From the human T2T-CHM13v2.0 reference genome, Homo sapiens, in assembly GCF_009914755.1 (NCBI RefSeq), contig NC_060937.1: a stretch of DNA of 64,000 bases; one strand, 5' to 3'. A model generated the notes under the pieces. The model did not search any database. It was not told the origin of the DNA and saw nothing but the letters and a program-made list of their open reading frames with translations. This document shows, piece after piece, positions 13,560 to 26,123 of this stretch. Position numbers and translations under genes: made by a program. Numbering within the stretch: the stretch's first letter is position 1; each line of letters starts with the position of its first letter.

Positions 13560-14640
13560 CAATGCATACCCATGGAAGGATCTCTGGTGGCTAAAAAAAG
13601 AAATGTAAAAAGAAGATACAATTATTTCACCTTTCTGCATAGTATTACCATCCTTGTGATATACATTGTTTGGGTTTGCATATTTTTGACTTTTATATAC
13701 ACAGAATTCACTGGATTTTTTTTTGTGATTTGGTATTTTCAGTCAACATGAAATTTTAAGACTCATCTGTATTGGTGCTTGTAAAAAATTATTTTCACTG
13801 CTGTTTAATATTCTACTCTAAGAATATACCACATTTATTTATTTATTCTACCCTTGATTTTGGTTGTTTCTAGCATTACCTATTACAGATAAGGCTTCCA
13901 CAACTATTATTATGTGTCCATTGAAGCATATGTTCAAGAGATATTCTTAGGGTGAAAATGCTGGATTTTAAGTGATGTGCTTCTCCAAATGACTATACGA
14001 TGCCAAAACATTTCTTAAATTGTTTTTACCATTTAATTCCTACCAGATCACCATTCTTATCAACACTTGAAATTGATAATCATTTTTTTATCCATCTGAT
14101 GGTATGTCATATGGTTTGCCTGTGTCCCCACACAAGTCTCACCTTGAATTGTGCTAATCCCCACGCGTGAAGGGCAGGCCCAGGTGGAGATAATTGAATC
14201 ATGGAGGTGGTTCCCCCATACTGTTCTTGTGGTAGTGAATAAGTTTGGCAAGATCTGATGGTTTTATAAGTGGGAGTTCCCCTGCACAAGCTCTCTTGCC
14301 TGCCGCCATGTAAGACTTTGCTCCTCATTCACCTTCCACCATGATTGTGAGGCCTCCCCAGCCATGCTGAACTGTGAAACAATTAAACCTCTTTCCTTTA
14401 TAAATTACCCAATCTTGGGTATGTCTTTATTAGCAGTGTGAGAACAGACTACTACAGTATGAAAAGGTAGCTCATTGTGGTTTTAATTTGCATTTCCATG
14501 ATTACTAAATAAGTTGAAATATCATATTTGAATGAATATTTATGTTTCCCCTTTGGTCAAAATTTTAGCTGTTTTAGATTTCATTATTTTTCTTTTCTTG
14601 TTAATTCATGTCTGTTTGTATATGTCCATTCAAAAGATAG
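13560..14640 (-). mobile_element. Old L1 (L1ME-type) fragment interrupted by a THE1 LTR
   Basis: ccacatttatttatt..., then ccatctgatggtatg|aaaaggtagctcattgtggttttaatttgcatttcc reads continuously across the LTR insertion. Confidence 0.7.
14107..14456 (+). mobile_element. THE1 (THE1C-like) MaLR solo LTR
   Basis: tcatatggtttgcctgtgtcccca...gataattgaatcatgg...gaacagactactaca; perfect 5-bp TSD gtatg (14102-14106 / 14457-14461). Confidence 0.93.
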
Positions 14641-14673
14641 GAATTCTTTTTCCAGTTATACATATTTTCATGT

Positions 14674-14674
<1 letters not shown>

Positions 14675-14714
<40 letters not shown>
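14675..14714. repeat. (GT)n microsatellite, about 20 units
   Basis: Perfect GT run. Confidence 0.97.
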
Positions 14715-14716
<2 letters not shown>

Positions 14717-14779
14717 CAGTTAGTGCTCTGTCTTCTTAAGGTCCTTTAAAGTTTATATAGGTATTGAAACTCAGCTGTA

Positions 14780-15057
14780 ATTTTAAGATTCCAGGTGAAG
14801 AGAGAGGAAGGAGGGGAAACAAAAGGGTCATTCCTGGCTGAGGCAGCGCCCTTTAAGGATCTTTCTCAAAATCCCACAGTGCATTTCCACTCATATCCCA
14901 TTGCCTAAGGATTACTCTCAGGGCCACAGCCAAACACAGAAAGGCTGGGAGATGGAATCATATAACTCAGCACTACTATTCCTAAAGAAATTCAGGCTCT
15001 GTTGCTAAGGAAGAAGGGGAGACTAGATATTGGGTAGCAACTAGTGGCTTCTGCCAA
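14780..15057 (-). mobile_element. MLT1 (I/J-like) LTR fragment
   Basis: ttccactcatatcccattg...aaggctgggagatg...ctgttgctaaggaagaagggg...ttgggtagcaactag...ctgcca. Confidence 0.65.
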
Positions 15058-15631
15058 ACGGACTGACTTTCCTGATTTTAGCTAATTTTAACAACCGTTG
15101 CATAACACTTTTCTTCCTAGTGGTTTTTACTTTCTTTGTTATTTATTTACATCTTATATATAACAAACCTATAAGATACTATTCTGTTTCATTTGTCTGT
15201 ATGTTTTTTCAATACTGGCATGCTGACTTATTTATTATAATTTATAGTAAGATTTTGCTTGGGGAGCAGATTAATTCAATATCATTATTTCCTTCCTTCA
15301 GTTTTTCTAGGTTATTTTCACTTATTATTTCTTTTTCTATATAATGCAAGATCATTTTAATAAATTACAAAGAAAATCTTGGCTTTTATTAAAATGCTTT
15401 AAATCCTTATTAAGTCTTCCTATCCAGAAATATGAGCTTCTCCATTTATTTAATTCTTAGAATCACAAATTCATATATGTCTTCTGTATTTCTGATGTAA
15501 CATTATTTCTACATATTTTATGATTTTCTTGATATTATGAGGAGAGATTTATTTCTTGTATTTTAAATTACTGGTGATACATGTGAAAAATAGATGTGTT
15601 TTTTGTTTGTTTTTTAAATTTGGAAAACTTT

Positions 15632-15833
15632 TTCTTTTAACTTTTATTTTAGGTTTGCGAGTACATGTGAAGGTTTGTTACATAGTTAAACACGTGTCAT
15701 GGGGATTTGTTGTACATATTATTTCATCATCCAGGTATTAAGCCCAGTATCCAGTAGGTATCTTTTCTGCTCCTCTCCCTCCTCCCATCCTCCACCCTCA
15801 AATAGAGCCCAGTGTCTGTTGTTTCCTTCTTTG
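15632..15833 (-). mobile_element. Short 5'-truncated old L1PA (L1PA13-16-like) 3' end
   Basis: ttttaacttttattttaggtt...gtacatgtgaaggtttgttacat...gtattaagccca; TSD ttaaa(t/c)ttgga(a/t)aacttt on both sides. Confidence 0.85.
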
Positions 15834-16169
15834 TTAAACTTGGATAACTTTTTTAAGGACTCAAAAGAATTTTATTGTGTTAGGGTTTCTTGGATTTTGG
15901 GATTAACTTTTGGATTAATTTTTTTATATTTATCTATGACTGCACATTATATAATACATGTATATATAATTTGATAATACAAATAATTGCTACTTCAAAT
16001 AAACTTGTTTTATTAGTTTATATTTTTTCTATTTGGGAACCCTGGATAAGAAGTCTTATATTTCTACTACTCTTTGATTTCCTTCTGTGTTTTATTTATA
16101 TTTTTCTTTTCTAGAAATGATATTATTCAATAACTTACTTTAGTATTTTCTCTTTTATTGAGTCTTACT

Positions 16170-18066
16170 TTTTAAAAAAATACTTTAAGTTCTAGGGTAC
16201 ATGTGCACAATGTGCAGGTTTGTTACATAGGTATACATGTGCCATGTTAGTTTGCTGCACCCATTATATCGTCATTTACATTAGGTATTTCTCCTAATGC
16301 TATCGCTCCCCCAGGCCCCCCCTCCATGACAGGCCCTGGGGTGTGATATTCCCTGCCCTGTGTCCAAGTGTTCTCATTGTTCAATTCCCACCTATGAGTG
16401 AGAGCATGCGGTGTTTGGTTTTCTGTCCTTGTGATAGTTTGCTCAGAATGATGGTTTCCAGCTTCATCCATGTCCCTGCAAAGGACATGAACTCATCCTT
16501 TTTTATGGCTGCACAGTATTCCATGGTGTATATGTGCCACATTTTCTTAATCCAGTCTATCATTGTTGGATATTTGGGTTGGTTTCAAGTCTTTGCTATT
16601 GTGAATAGTGCTGCAATAAACATGCGTGTACATGTACCTTTAGAGTAGCATGATTTATAATCCTTTGGGTATGTACCCCGTAATGGGATCGCTGGGTCAA
16701 GTGGTATCTCTAGTTCTAGATCCTTAAGGAATTGCCACACTGTCTTCCACAGTGGTTGAACTAGTTTACAGTCCCACCAACAGTGTAAAAGTGTTCCTAT
16801 TTCTCCACATCCTCTCCAGCACCTGTTGTTTCCTGACTTTTTAATGATCGCCATTCTAACTGGGTGAGATGGTATCTCATTGTGGTTTTGATTTGCATTT
16901 CTCTGATGAGCAGTGATAATGAGCATTTTTTCATGTGTCTGTTGGCTGCATAAATGTCTTCTTTTGAGAAGTGTCTGTTCATATCCTTTGCCCACTTTTT
17001 GATGGGGTTGTTTGTTTTTTTCTTGTAAATTTAAGTTCTTTGTAGATTCTGGATATTAGCCCTTTGTCAGATGAGTACATTGCAAAAATTTTCTCCCATT
17101 CTGTAGGTTGCCTGTTCACTCTGATGGTAGTTTCTTTTGCTGTGCAGATGCCCTTTAGTTTAATTAGATCTCATTTGTCTATTTTGGCTTTTGTTGCCAT
17201 TGCTTTTGGTGTGTTAGTCATGAAGTCCTTGCCCATGCCTATGTCCTGAATGGTATTGCCTAGGTTTTCTTCTAGGGTTTTTATGGTTTTAGGTCAAACA
17301 TTTAAGTCTCTAATCCATCTTGAATTAATTTTTGTATAAGATGTAAGGAAGGGATCCAGTTTCGGCTTTCTACATATGGCTAGCCAGTTTTCCCAGCACC
17401 ATTTATTAAATAGGGAATTCTTTCCCCATTTCTTGTCTTTTTCAGGTTTGTCAAAGATCAGATGGTTGTAGATGTGTGATGTTATTTCTGTGGGCTCTGT
17501 TCTGTTCCATTGGTCTATATCTCTGTTTTGGTACCAGTACCATGCTATTTTGGTTACTGTAGCCTTGTAGTATAGCTTGAAGTCAGGTAGCCTGATGCCT
17601 CCAGCTTTGTTCTTTTTACTTAGGATTGTCTGGGCAATGAGGGCTCTTTTTTGGTTCCATATGAACTTTAAAGTAATTTTTTCCAATTCTGTGAAGAAAG
17701 TCATTGGTAGTTTAATGAGGATGGCATTGAATCTATAAATTACCTTGGGCAATATGGCCATTTTCATGATATTGATTCTTCCTATCCATGAGCATGGAAT
17801 GTTCTTCCATTTGTTTGTGTCCTCCTCTATTTCATTGAGCAGTGGTTTGTAGTTCTCCTTGAAGAGGTCCTTCACATACCTTGTAAATTGGATTCCTAGG
17901 TATTTTATTCTCTTTGTAGCAACTGTGAATGGGAGTTCACTCATGATTTGGCTCTCTGTTTGTTAATGGTGTATAGGAATTTTTGCAATTTTTGCACATT
18001 GATTTTGTATCCTGAGACTTTGCTGAAGTTGCTTATCAGCTTAAGGAGATTTTGGGCTGAGATGAT
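16170..18066 (-). mobile_element. 5'-truncated L1PA (L1PA5-7-like), about 1.9 kb
   Basis: Canonical 3' end tactttaagttctagggtacatgtgcacaa...; ORF track gives L1 ORF2 peptides ([49 protein letters not shown]). Confidence 0.97.
17294..17944 (-). pseudogene. Decayed L1 ORF2p fragment (end of RT domain and downstream region); not a functional gene
   Basis: 216-aa ORF with L1 ORF2 motifs [38 protein letters not shown]; element is truncated and the frame is broken downstream. Confidence 0.9.
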
Positions 18067-20009
18067 AAAAATTAGATGTATTTTTATACATTTGTTCATA
18101 CCCATTCACTTTACTTTCTCTCCCAGGCATTCTGAAAGAGTGTCCATGATTTATTTTGGGTAATTTGTATATCCCACAAGTAATTATAACTTTTTCCTCT
18201 TTCTTGAAGGATAGTTAAGTTTTATGAATTAATGCATTAGCCACTTCTTGCAGAATACTGTAAATTAATCATTATGATAGGGTGGTCATTACTCTAGGAC
18301 CTGATTTTAGTAAGCATGGCTCTAGTTTGCGCTGTTAAATACGCTGCTGCCTGTTGCTTTGAGGAAAACTTTATGTTTTTGAGAAGTATGCTTCCATTCC
18401 TCTTTCTTTTTAAAAAAGAAATGTTTTTTAATTTAATTGCATGCCTTTTCCTATATACAGATAAATATTTCTGATATGACTTATTAAACATGTTATATTA
18501 TTTTAAACTCTGATGATGTTTTTGGTTGTAGTGAATTATTTTACTACCTGTTAAAAATATAGTTTTCTAGTAGTTTGGTGGGACTTTTGTCGAAATTTTT
18601 GAGCTATCAGTTAACTTCAGTCGATAGTTATATTTGTGTGTGTGAGAAGGAAAGAAGGAATGGGCACAGGGAAGAAAAGATAGACAATCAGAGGAAGATG
18701 TTTCAGGATTCATTAACAGAATTGTTCTGACTTAATAAAATAAATTGGGTTAATCTAAATTGGTCTGCATTTTTCTATGTTCTTAGATTCTTTATGAAAA
18801 ATAGGAAGTACATCCCTGAGGATTTGAAAAAATTCACCTAAAAATAATTAGTTCCCAAACTGTTCTGGGAGGTTTGATAATGTTTTGAGAGTGTCTAAGA
18901 TAATTGAATTATTTGGGATTTCTACTTTTTCTAATGTCAGTTTTGACAATACACATTTTCCAGCAGCACATTTTAGTCCAGGCCCCAATCCCCCTCCTTT
19001 TTCTCCCTGTAGTTTACTTCTCTTTTTATTGCTTCCTACAGTTGTCCTCTTCTCTTGGTCAACTGCATACAGAAAGTCTATCTTAATTTTCTCCTATCCT
19101 CCTGACCCTGTGGTTTCTCAATAGCTTTTACAGCTTTTAAAATGAAAGTAACAATGGAAGTAAGAAACTGGAAGTAAACTATCTTTGCTTGACATTCTCA
19201 TTTCTTTTTTATCCTTACCTCTGTCTTTTTCTACTCTATTGGTAAGAAAAATATCATCAAAGTTTCAAGCTGAATCTAAACTTTTGGTGGTATCCAAGAC
19301 TAAGGTTAGAATTGATCTGTGTATCATGGGACAAACAGATTTACTTGAGATCCTGGGTTTTTCATTATAGATATTGGGCTGTGTTCCATACTCAACACAC
19401 ACACACACACACAATTCAGATTTCAAATTTTAATCTAACCTTTTGTAGTCATAACTGATTCATGCACTGCTCTGCCCATTTGCTCTTCCTTCTTTCTCCA
19501 AGGAATAACTGTATACCTCAGAACTAGTTTGAAAAGCTAAGAAAAGGAGTATAGTGAAGAAGAAAACAGTGGTAAGCTTTGTGGAATATCAGTTGTGTTG
19601 AAGAGAGGCAGGGGGCATAAAACTGGGAAAGGAGGAGAATAAAAATTCCTATTGCCTCCAGGTCTTCCAAAAGTGGCAGCTATTTGGGGACTCTTTTTTA
19701 AAATATATGGGAAATAGGTAGAGGTGTAACAATACCAATGCATCAGAGTCACTTGTGGAAATATATATAAATACATACATATATGTCTCTCTAGCTAGCT
19801 AGATTGATATAGCTACAGGTAGGTCTATATAGCTGTATAGAGATCTATGTATTCTGAGTCCAGTGATCTGGTGTGTAGCTCTGGAGTCTATATATCTGAA
19901 AGTGCCCGACAGGGGCAACTAATGAGAACTGCTACAGAATAAGCATTCTGGGATAGAATCCAAGCCCTACTCTTTCTTTTAACCTTAGAATGTTTAAAAT
20001 GTTATTTTT

Positions 20010-20625
20010 TTACCCACTTAAAATTTAAAATTCAGTGGTTTCAAGTATATTTACAGAGTTGAACAATTATCACCACAATCAATTTTAGATCATTTCCATT
20101 GCCCCAAAAAGAAACCCCATATCTCTTAGTCATCACCCTCCAATTTCCCCTCCCTTCCTCCAGGACTAAGCAACCACCAATCTACTTTATCTTTCTATAA
20201 ATTTGCCTATTCTGCACTTTTTAAATAAGTTGAATCATACATTATGGTGTATTTTGTGACTAATTTCTTTCATGTCACATGTTTTCAGGGTTCATCCATG
20301 TTGTAGCATGCATCAATACTTCATATTTTTTATTGCTAAATAATATTTCATGTGTGTGTTTATATATAACATTTTCTTTATACATTCATTCATCAGTTGA
20401 TGGACATTTGACTTTTTCCCATTTGACTCTTATAAATAAAGCTGCTATGAATATTCATGCACAAATGTTTATGTGGACATGTGTTTTTACTTCTCTTGGA
20501 TGTATATCTGGGAGTGGAATTGCCAGATTGTATGACAACTCTGTGTTTGACCTTTTAAGGAACTATCAGACTCTTCTCCACAGTAGCTGCATCACTGAAA
20601 CTCCCACAGCTGTGTATGGGGTTAT
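20010..20625 (-). mobile_element. L1MB-type 3' end
   Basis: aattcagtggttt...tttacagagttg...ccccaaaaagaaacccc...caaccaccaatctacttt...gttcatccatgttgtagcatg...gttgatggacatttg. Confidence 0.85.
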
Positions 20626-21072
20626 CTCCAGCTCTTAACATAGTATCTGATGCATAGAACATTCTCAAAAAATATTTTTTGAAGGCCAGAAGGAAAGGAA
20701 GGACAGGGGAATCAACATTCATAAGTGAGTGCTGGCTGTGAGAAAGTTGAGTTTAGAGAGAATCCTGATCATGGCTTCCCCAGCATGGGATAGGGGACAG
20801 GCCACAGCACTGACTCCAGGAATGACATAATGGCTTTGTGCATGCCATCCTGCTCTGATTCAAATTGTACTTTTTCTCTTTAATCTTCAGCTCTCTGCCT
20901 TTGTTTCTTGGGCTCATACCTGATATAGGTAAGCAGGAATGTTCAGGCCTCTTGGGATTCTTGTCATCCCAATAATTCCCAACACAGAAAGTCTCTCTCT
21001 CTCTCTTTCTCTCTCTCTCTCCGCGCCCCCCCAACCCGCTCCCATCACACACATACATACACATACTGTGAT

Positions 21073-21468
21073 TGTATTAGTCCATTTTTGTATTGCTACA
21101 GAGTAATACTTGAGGTAAGATAATTTATAAAGAAAAGAGGTCTGTTGGGCTTATGATTCTGCAGGCTGTACAAGCATGGCCTCAGCCTCTGCACTGAGGC
21201 CTCAGAAAGCTTTCACTCATGGCAGAAAGTGAAGGGTAGCTGGCATCACATGATGAGAGAGAAAGGAAGAGAGAAAGCAGGAGGTGTCAGGCTGTCTTTA
21301 ACAATGAGATCGCTCAGAAAACTCACTCATCACCATAAGGACAACACAAAACCATTCATGACAGATCCACCCCCATGACCCAAACACCTCCCACTAGGCC
21401 CCACCTCCAACATCAGGGATCCCATTTCAGCATGAGATTTGGAGGAAACAAATAACCAAACTGTATCG
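21073..21468 (-). mobile_element. MST (MSTB-like) MaLR solo LTR
   Basis: tgtattagtccattt...gcaggctgtacaagcatggc...cccaaacacctcccactaggccccacctccaaca...; TSD gtgat / gtaat. Confidence 0.9.
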
Positions 21469-21645
21469 GTAATAAAAGTTGTTGAGCTCATGAAGATGTA
21501 AGAATGCAGCGAGAAGCGAACATGGGAGCAACCTGGCCCTGTCTGGGTGCTCTGCTTCCTCTGAGGCCCATTCCAGGGTGGGTAGCTGACATCTCTCCCT
21601 CCCCTGGGTCTAGCCTCGGATAGGGCTGGGAGGCCAGAGACTCAC

Positions 21646-22002
21646 TGATATGGTTTGGCTGTGTCCCTACCCAAATCTCTTTTTGAATTGTAGCCCACAA
21701 TTCCCACGTGTTGTAGGAGCCACTGGGTGGGAGATAATTGAATCATGGGGGCAGGTCTTTCCCATGCTATTCTTCTGATAGTGAATAGTTCTCATGAGAT
21801 CTGATGGTTTTATAAAGGGGAGTTTCCCTGCACAAACTCCCTTCTCTTGTCTGCCACCATGTAAGACGTGCCTTTCACCTTCCACCATGATTGTGAGGCC
21901 TCCTCAGCCATGTGGAACTGTGGGTCCGTTAAACCTCTTTCTTTTGTAAATTGCCCAATCTTGGGTATGTCTTTATCAGCAGCATGAAAACAGACTAATA
22001 TA
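21646..22002 (+). mobile_element. THE1B MaLR solo LTR
   Basis: tgatatggtttggctgtgtccc...gataattgaatcatgggggcaggtctttccc...cttttgtaaattgccca...cagactaata; TSD ctcac / cttgc. Confidence 0.93.
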
Positions 22003-22277
22003 CTTGCTTATATCTTATTAGGAGAAAACTGGATGCCAGGAAAACAGCTACCAGCAGCTTTATGTTTTATCACACAAATTCTTACACCCCCAGCAAAGGA
22101 GAGTGCGTCTATATGACAGCCCCTAATTACATCAGATCATAAGTTATTGTGACAGTGGAGAGTGGGCCTGACCTATTCAGCCAAAAACGATGAGGACCAA
22201 CCCTGAGGTGGTGATGTGCCAGCTCCTCTGGGATGGGATGTCACTGGCAATGCAGATTTGAATTCCCACTTCTGAAT

Positions 22278-23120
22278 TGTTTTTATTCACAGTACTTTTG
22301 ACACCAAAGGTGTGAAGTTTTTCCTCACACCAATCAATTCTCCAACTCTCTGGACACCAACTAGGTGTCCTACAACTCAGTTCAACTCTGATACTAACTA
22401 CCTGGAGTTAGCACAGGCCCCACAGGTAAAGGGCTTGGTCCCATGAGACTGCCTACTCCCTAACCCCCGACCATGCTTCAGATGCCGATTCCAAGTCTAA
22501 GCCACCCATGCTCCTGACCAACCAGCTACAAAGTCAGAGGCTGCTCACAACTCCCTCCTCAGGCTTCAAATTTTGCTAGAGTGGCTCACAAAACCCAGGG
22601 AAACACTTTACTCACATTTACCTGTTTATTATAAAGGATACAACTCAGGAACAGCCAAATGGAAGTGCCACCTAGAGCCAGAGATGAGGGAGGGGTGCAG
22701 AGCTTCCATGACCTCTCAGGGCATGGCACCCTCCCAGCACCTCCGTGTGTTCACCAACCTGGATGCTCTCTGGACTCTGTTGTTTAGGGTTTTTACAGAG
22801 GTTCCATTACATGGCTTGACTGACTAAATCATTGCCCATGAGCGATTAACTCAATCCCCCACCCATCTCCGTTCCCTGGAGCTCAGGAGGTGGGGCTGAA
22901 AGTGCCAACCTGCAAAGACTGTTGTTGGCTCCTCTGGCAACCAGGCCCCATCCTGAAGCCATTTAGGGACCCCAGCCACCAGCCATCTCATTAACATATT
23001 AAACTCAGATAAAGGGGCTTATTGTAAATAACAAAAATAGTTCTTCTCACCTCTATCTCTCAGAAAATTAAAAGAGTTTCAGGAGCTCTGTGCCAGGAAC
23101 TGGGGACAAGGACCTATTAC

Positions 23121-23195
<75 letters not shown>

Positions 23196-23203
23196 GTATC
23201 TCA
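22278..23203 (-). mobile_element. MER21-family LTR
   Basis: acttttgacaccaaaggtgtg...ggacaccaactaggtgtcctac...tttattataaaggatacaactcaggaacagccaaatggaag...ggagctctgtgccaggaac; left boundary approximate. Confidence 0.8.
23121..23192. repeat. (AT)n microsatellite fused to a poly-T run of about 33 nt
   Basis: Perfect (AT)15 at 23131-23160 followed by T to 23192. Confidence 0.97.
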
Positions 23204-23474
23204 GCCACCCTTGCTGGAACTCCAGGCTCATCTCTCTCCATGACCTTCCCAATATTCCACTGTCCAGCATTACCCAGTGGTTTCCAGTTTCTGCTGCCCC
23301 TGCCTGCAACCCTGTCTCCATCACCAGCATCTGATGGGTCTGCCTCAGCTCCCAGCTTAGACCCTTCACTTCCTCCTGAGGTCTCTTGCAGTTCCCAAGG
23401 TCTGGCCTAAAATCTGCTCTTGGGTGCCATGCATGAGGCTCTATTTCACTTGGTTGAGCTGCATTGCATTTGCT

Positions 23475-23620
23475 GGTTTATCTGCCTTCCTTCCTAGATG
23501 GAAAGTTCCATGGTGGGCGGGAACCTGACGGTGGTTGTTCATCGTTATATCCTCAGTGCCTAGCAGAGTGCATACCACCTGGTAGGAATTCAGTAACTAT
23601 TTGTTGAATGACTGAACGAT
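23475..23620 (+). mobile_element. L2 3' end
   Basis: cctcagtgcctagcagagtg...gtaggaattcagtaactatttgttgaatgactgaa. Confidence 0.75.
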
Positions 23621-23866
23621 GTTCTTTTCCAGTTAAAACAGAATGAGGGCATCAAATCTATTGGAAAGACCAGCAAGTGCCCTCACAGAACCCAGAGGAG
23701 AAAATAGCAGACCCCTGTGTCATGAGTGTCACATTCAGACCTCCATAAATAAACACTCCTTCACATCTGGGACTAATTAGACCAAAGAGAAGTTTTCTGT
23801 TTTCATAAATGAAAAACTGTCCAAATGGTTTATTGCCATAAATAGGCTAAATTAAATCTTAATCCT

Positions 23867-24237
23867 TGTATTAGTTTGTTTTCACATGGCTATAAAGAAC
23901 TGCCCAAGGCTGTATAATTTACAAAGGAAAGAGGTTTAATTGACTCACAGTTATGTGTGGCAGGGAGGCCTCAGGAAACTTACCATCATGGTGGAAGGTG
24001 AAGGGGAAGTAAGCACCTTCTTCACATGGCGGCAGGAAAGAGAGAGCGGTGAGTGAAGTGGGAAGAACCCTTCATAAAACCATCAGAGCTCATGAGAACT
24101 CACTCACCATCATGAGAACAGCATGGGGGAAACTGCCTCCATGATCCGATCACCTCCCACCAGGCCCATCCCTGGACTTGTGGGGATTACAGGTTCGAGA
24201 TGAGATTTGGATGGGGACACAGAGCCAAACCGAATCA
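23867..24237 (-). mobile_element. THE1D-like MaLR solo LTR
   Basis: tgtattagtttgttttcac...aaggaaagaggtttaattgactcacag...gatgagatttggatggggacacagagccaaac...atca. Confidence 0.9.
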
Positions 24238-24873
24238 CCCCTGGAGTGCCACAGATAGGTCACATGTGTGGTGTTGGTCCCTTCAGTTCCTAGGGTGGTG
24301 CCGGAGGAGAAGAGGGGAGAAGCCTGGATTCAGACCTCTATAAATGAAGGAGCCTTTATCTATAGAGGTCAGAATGTGACACTCATGACACAGGGGTCTG
24401 CTACTTTCTCCTCTGGGTCCGGTGATGGCACTTGCTGGTGTTTCCAATAGATTCGATGCTCTCAGTCTGCTTTTAACTGGAAAAGAACATGATTCATTCA
24501 TTCAACAAATACTTACTGAATTCCTTATTGAAGAAAGGAGATGCCTGGGGTAGCTGGACCCCCATGCCAAGGCCACTGGCCACGTACAGCCTTGTCTATG
24601 TGCCCCAGCATGTCCTGTGAATGTTAGCGTGGGGCATCTGGGGTGAGTTTGCACAAGCTTGAGAACACTGATGGCCACCATGTCAGCAAATACTCTGTGT
24701 TGTTATTATTTCTTATTATTTTTAGCCATTAGTACTTCTTAAATAGATATTTCTTTAGGCGGGAAGTCAAGGAAAGCACTGTATTTTCAGGCTCTGCAGA
24801 ACCTAGCAGTGGTCCTGTCTCTCTGGAGACTGGGGTCTTTTCCGATTTTTAAAACAGGAGAGAAAGGGAGCAC

Positions 24874-24993
24874 ATAGTAGTAGTAGTAGTATGACTCTCA
24901 GACAATTTAACAGGAAATTTAGTGGTAGAATTTGTAGTGGTAATTGTGGTAAGAATAGTAATTAGTAGTAGAAGTAGAAGTGGTAGTAGTAGT
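24874..24993. repeat. Degenerate (TAG/GTA)n simple repeat
   Basis: tagtagtagtagtagt...gtagtggtaattgtggtaag...tagtagtagta. Confidence 0.7.
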
Positions 24994-25035
24994 AACTATC
25001 TTTCCAAGGCAAAAAAATAGGTAGGATTAAATATC

Positions 25036-25478
25036 TGTATTAGGGTTCTCTAGAGGGACAGAACTAATAGGATAGCTGTATATATAAAGGGGAATTTATC
25101 AGGGAGTATTGACTCACACCGTCACAAGGTGAGGTCCCACAGTAGGCCATCTGCAAGCTGAGGAGCAAGGAAGCCAGTTTCAGCCCCAAAGCTGAAGAAC
25201 TTGGAGTTCGATGTTCGAGGGCAAGAAGTATCCAGCACGAGAGAAAGATGTAGGCCAGAAAACTAAGCCAGTCTAGTCTTCCCACGTTCTTCTGCCAGCT
25301 TATATTCTAGCCTTGCTGGAAGCTGATTAGATGGTGCCCACCTAGGTTGAGGATGGGTCTGCCTTTCCCAGTCCAGTGACTCAAATGTTAATCTCCTTTG
25401 GCAACGCCCTCACAGACACACTCGGGAACACTACTTTGCATCCTTCAGTCAAGTTAACACTCAATATTAACTATCATA
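25036..25478 (-). mobile_element. MLT2A (HERV-L) solo LTR
   Basis: tgtattagggttctctagagggacagaactaataggata...gatgttcgagggcaagaag...aatgttaatctcctttggcaac...tcaatattaac; perfect TSD atatc (25031-25035 / 25479-25483). Confidence 0.92.
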
Positions 25479-25727
25479 ATATCTAATCTTATATTTTCCA
25501 TATGTGGGCCCCCAAGAGGTTAGAGGCCAAAGCTTGAAGCAACCAGGTACAAACAAGAAATTTTGTTTAAAATGTAAAGGAAATGTTAAAAAAATTAAAC
25601 AACATTTTAGAATATTGTGTTTCATCCTAAAAACCCATGCAAAATTTACTTGCTACTTCATAATATTTCTGTGTCATCTCTCCCTTCCTCACCCCCCAAA
25701 AGCTGTGAGTTATAAATGTGCTCCTGG

Positions 25728-26123
<396 letters not shown>

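Noticed and set aside
16585-17944. Longest ORFs in the window as a possible host gene
   Set aside because: They are L1 ORF2 remnants within a 5'-truncated L1PA
21899-21911. PRDM9 hotspot motif position in THE1B (and 14353-14365 in THE1C)
   Set aside because: Sequences are cctcctcagccat and cctccccagccat, not the active CCTCCCTNNCCAC variant
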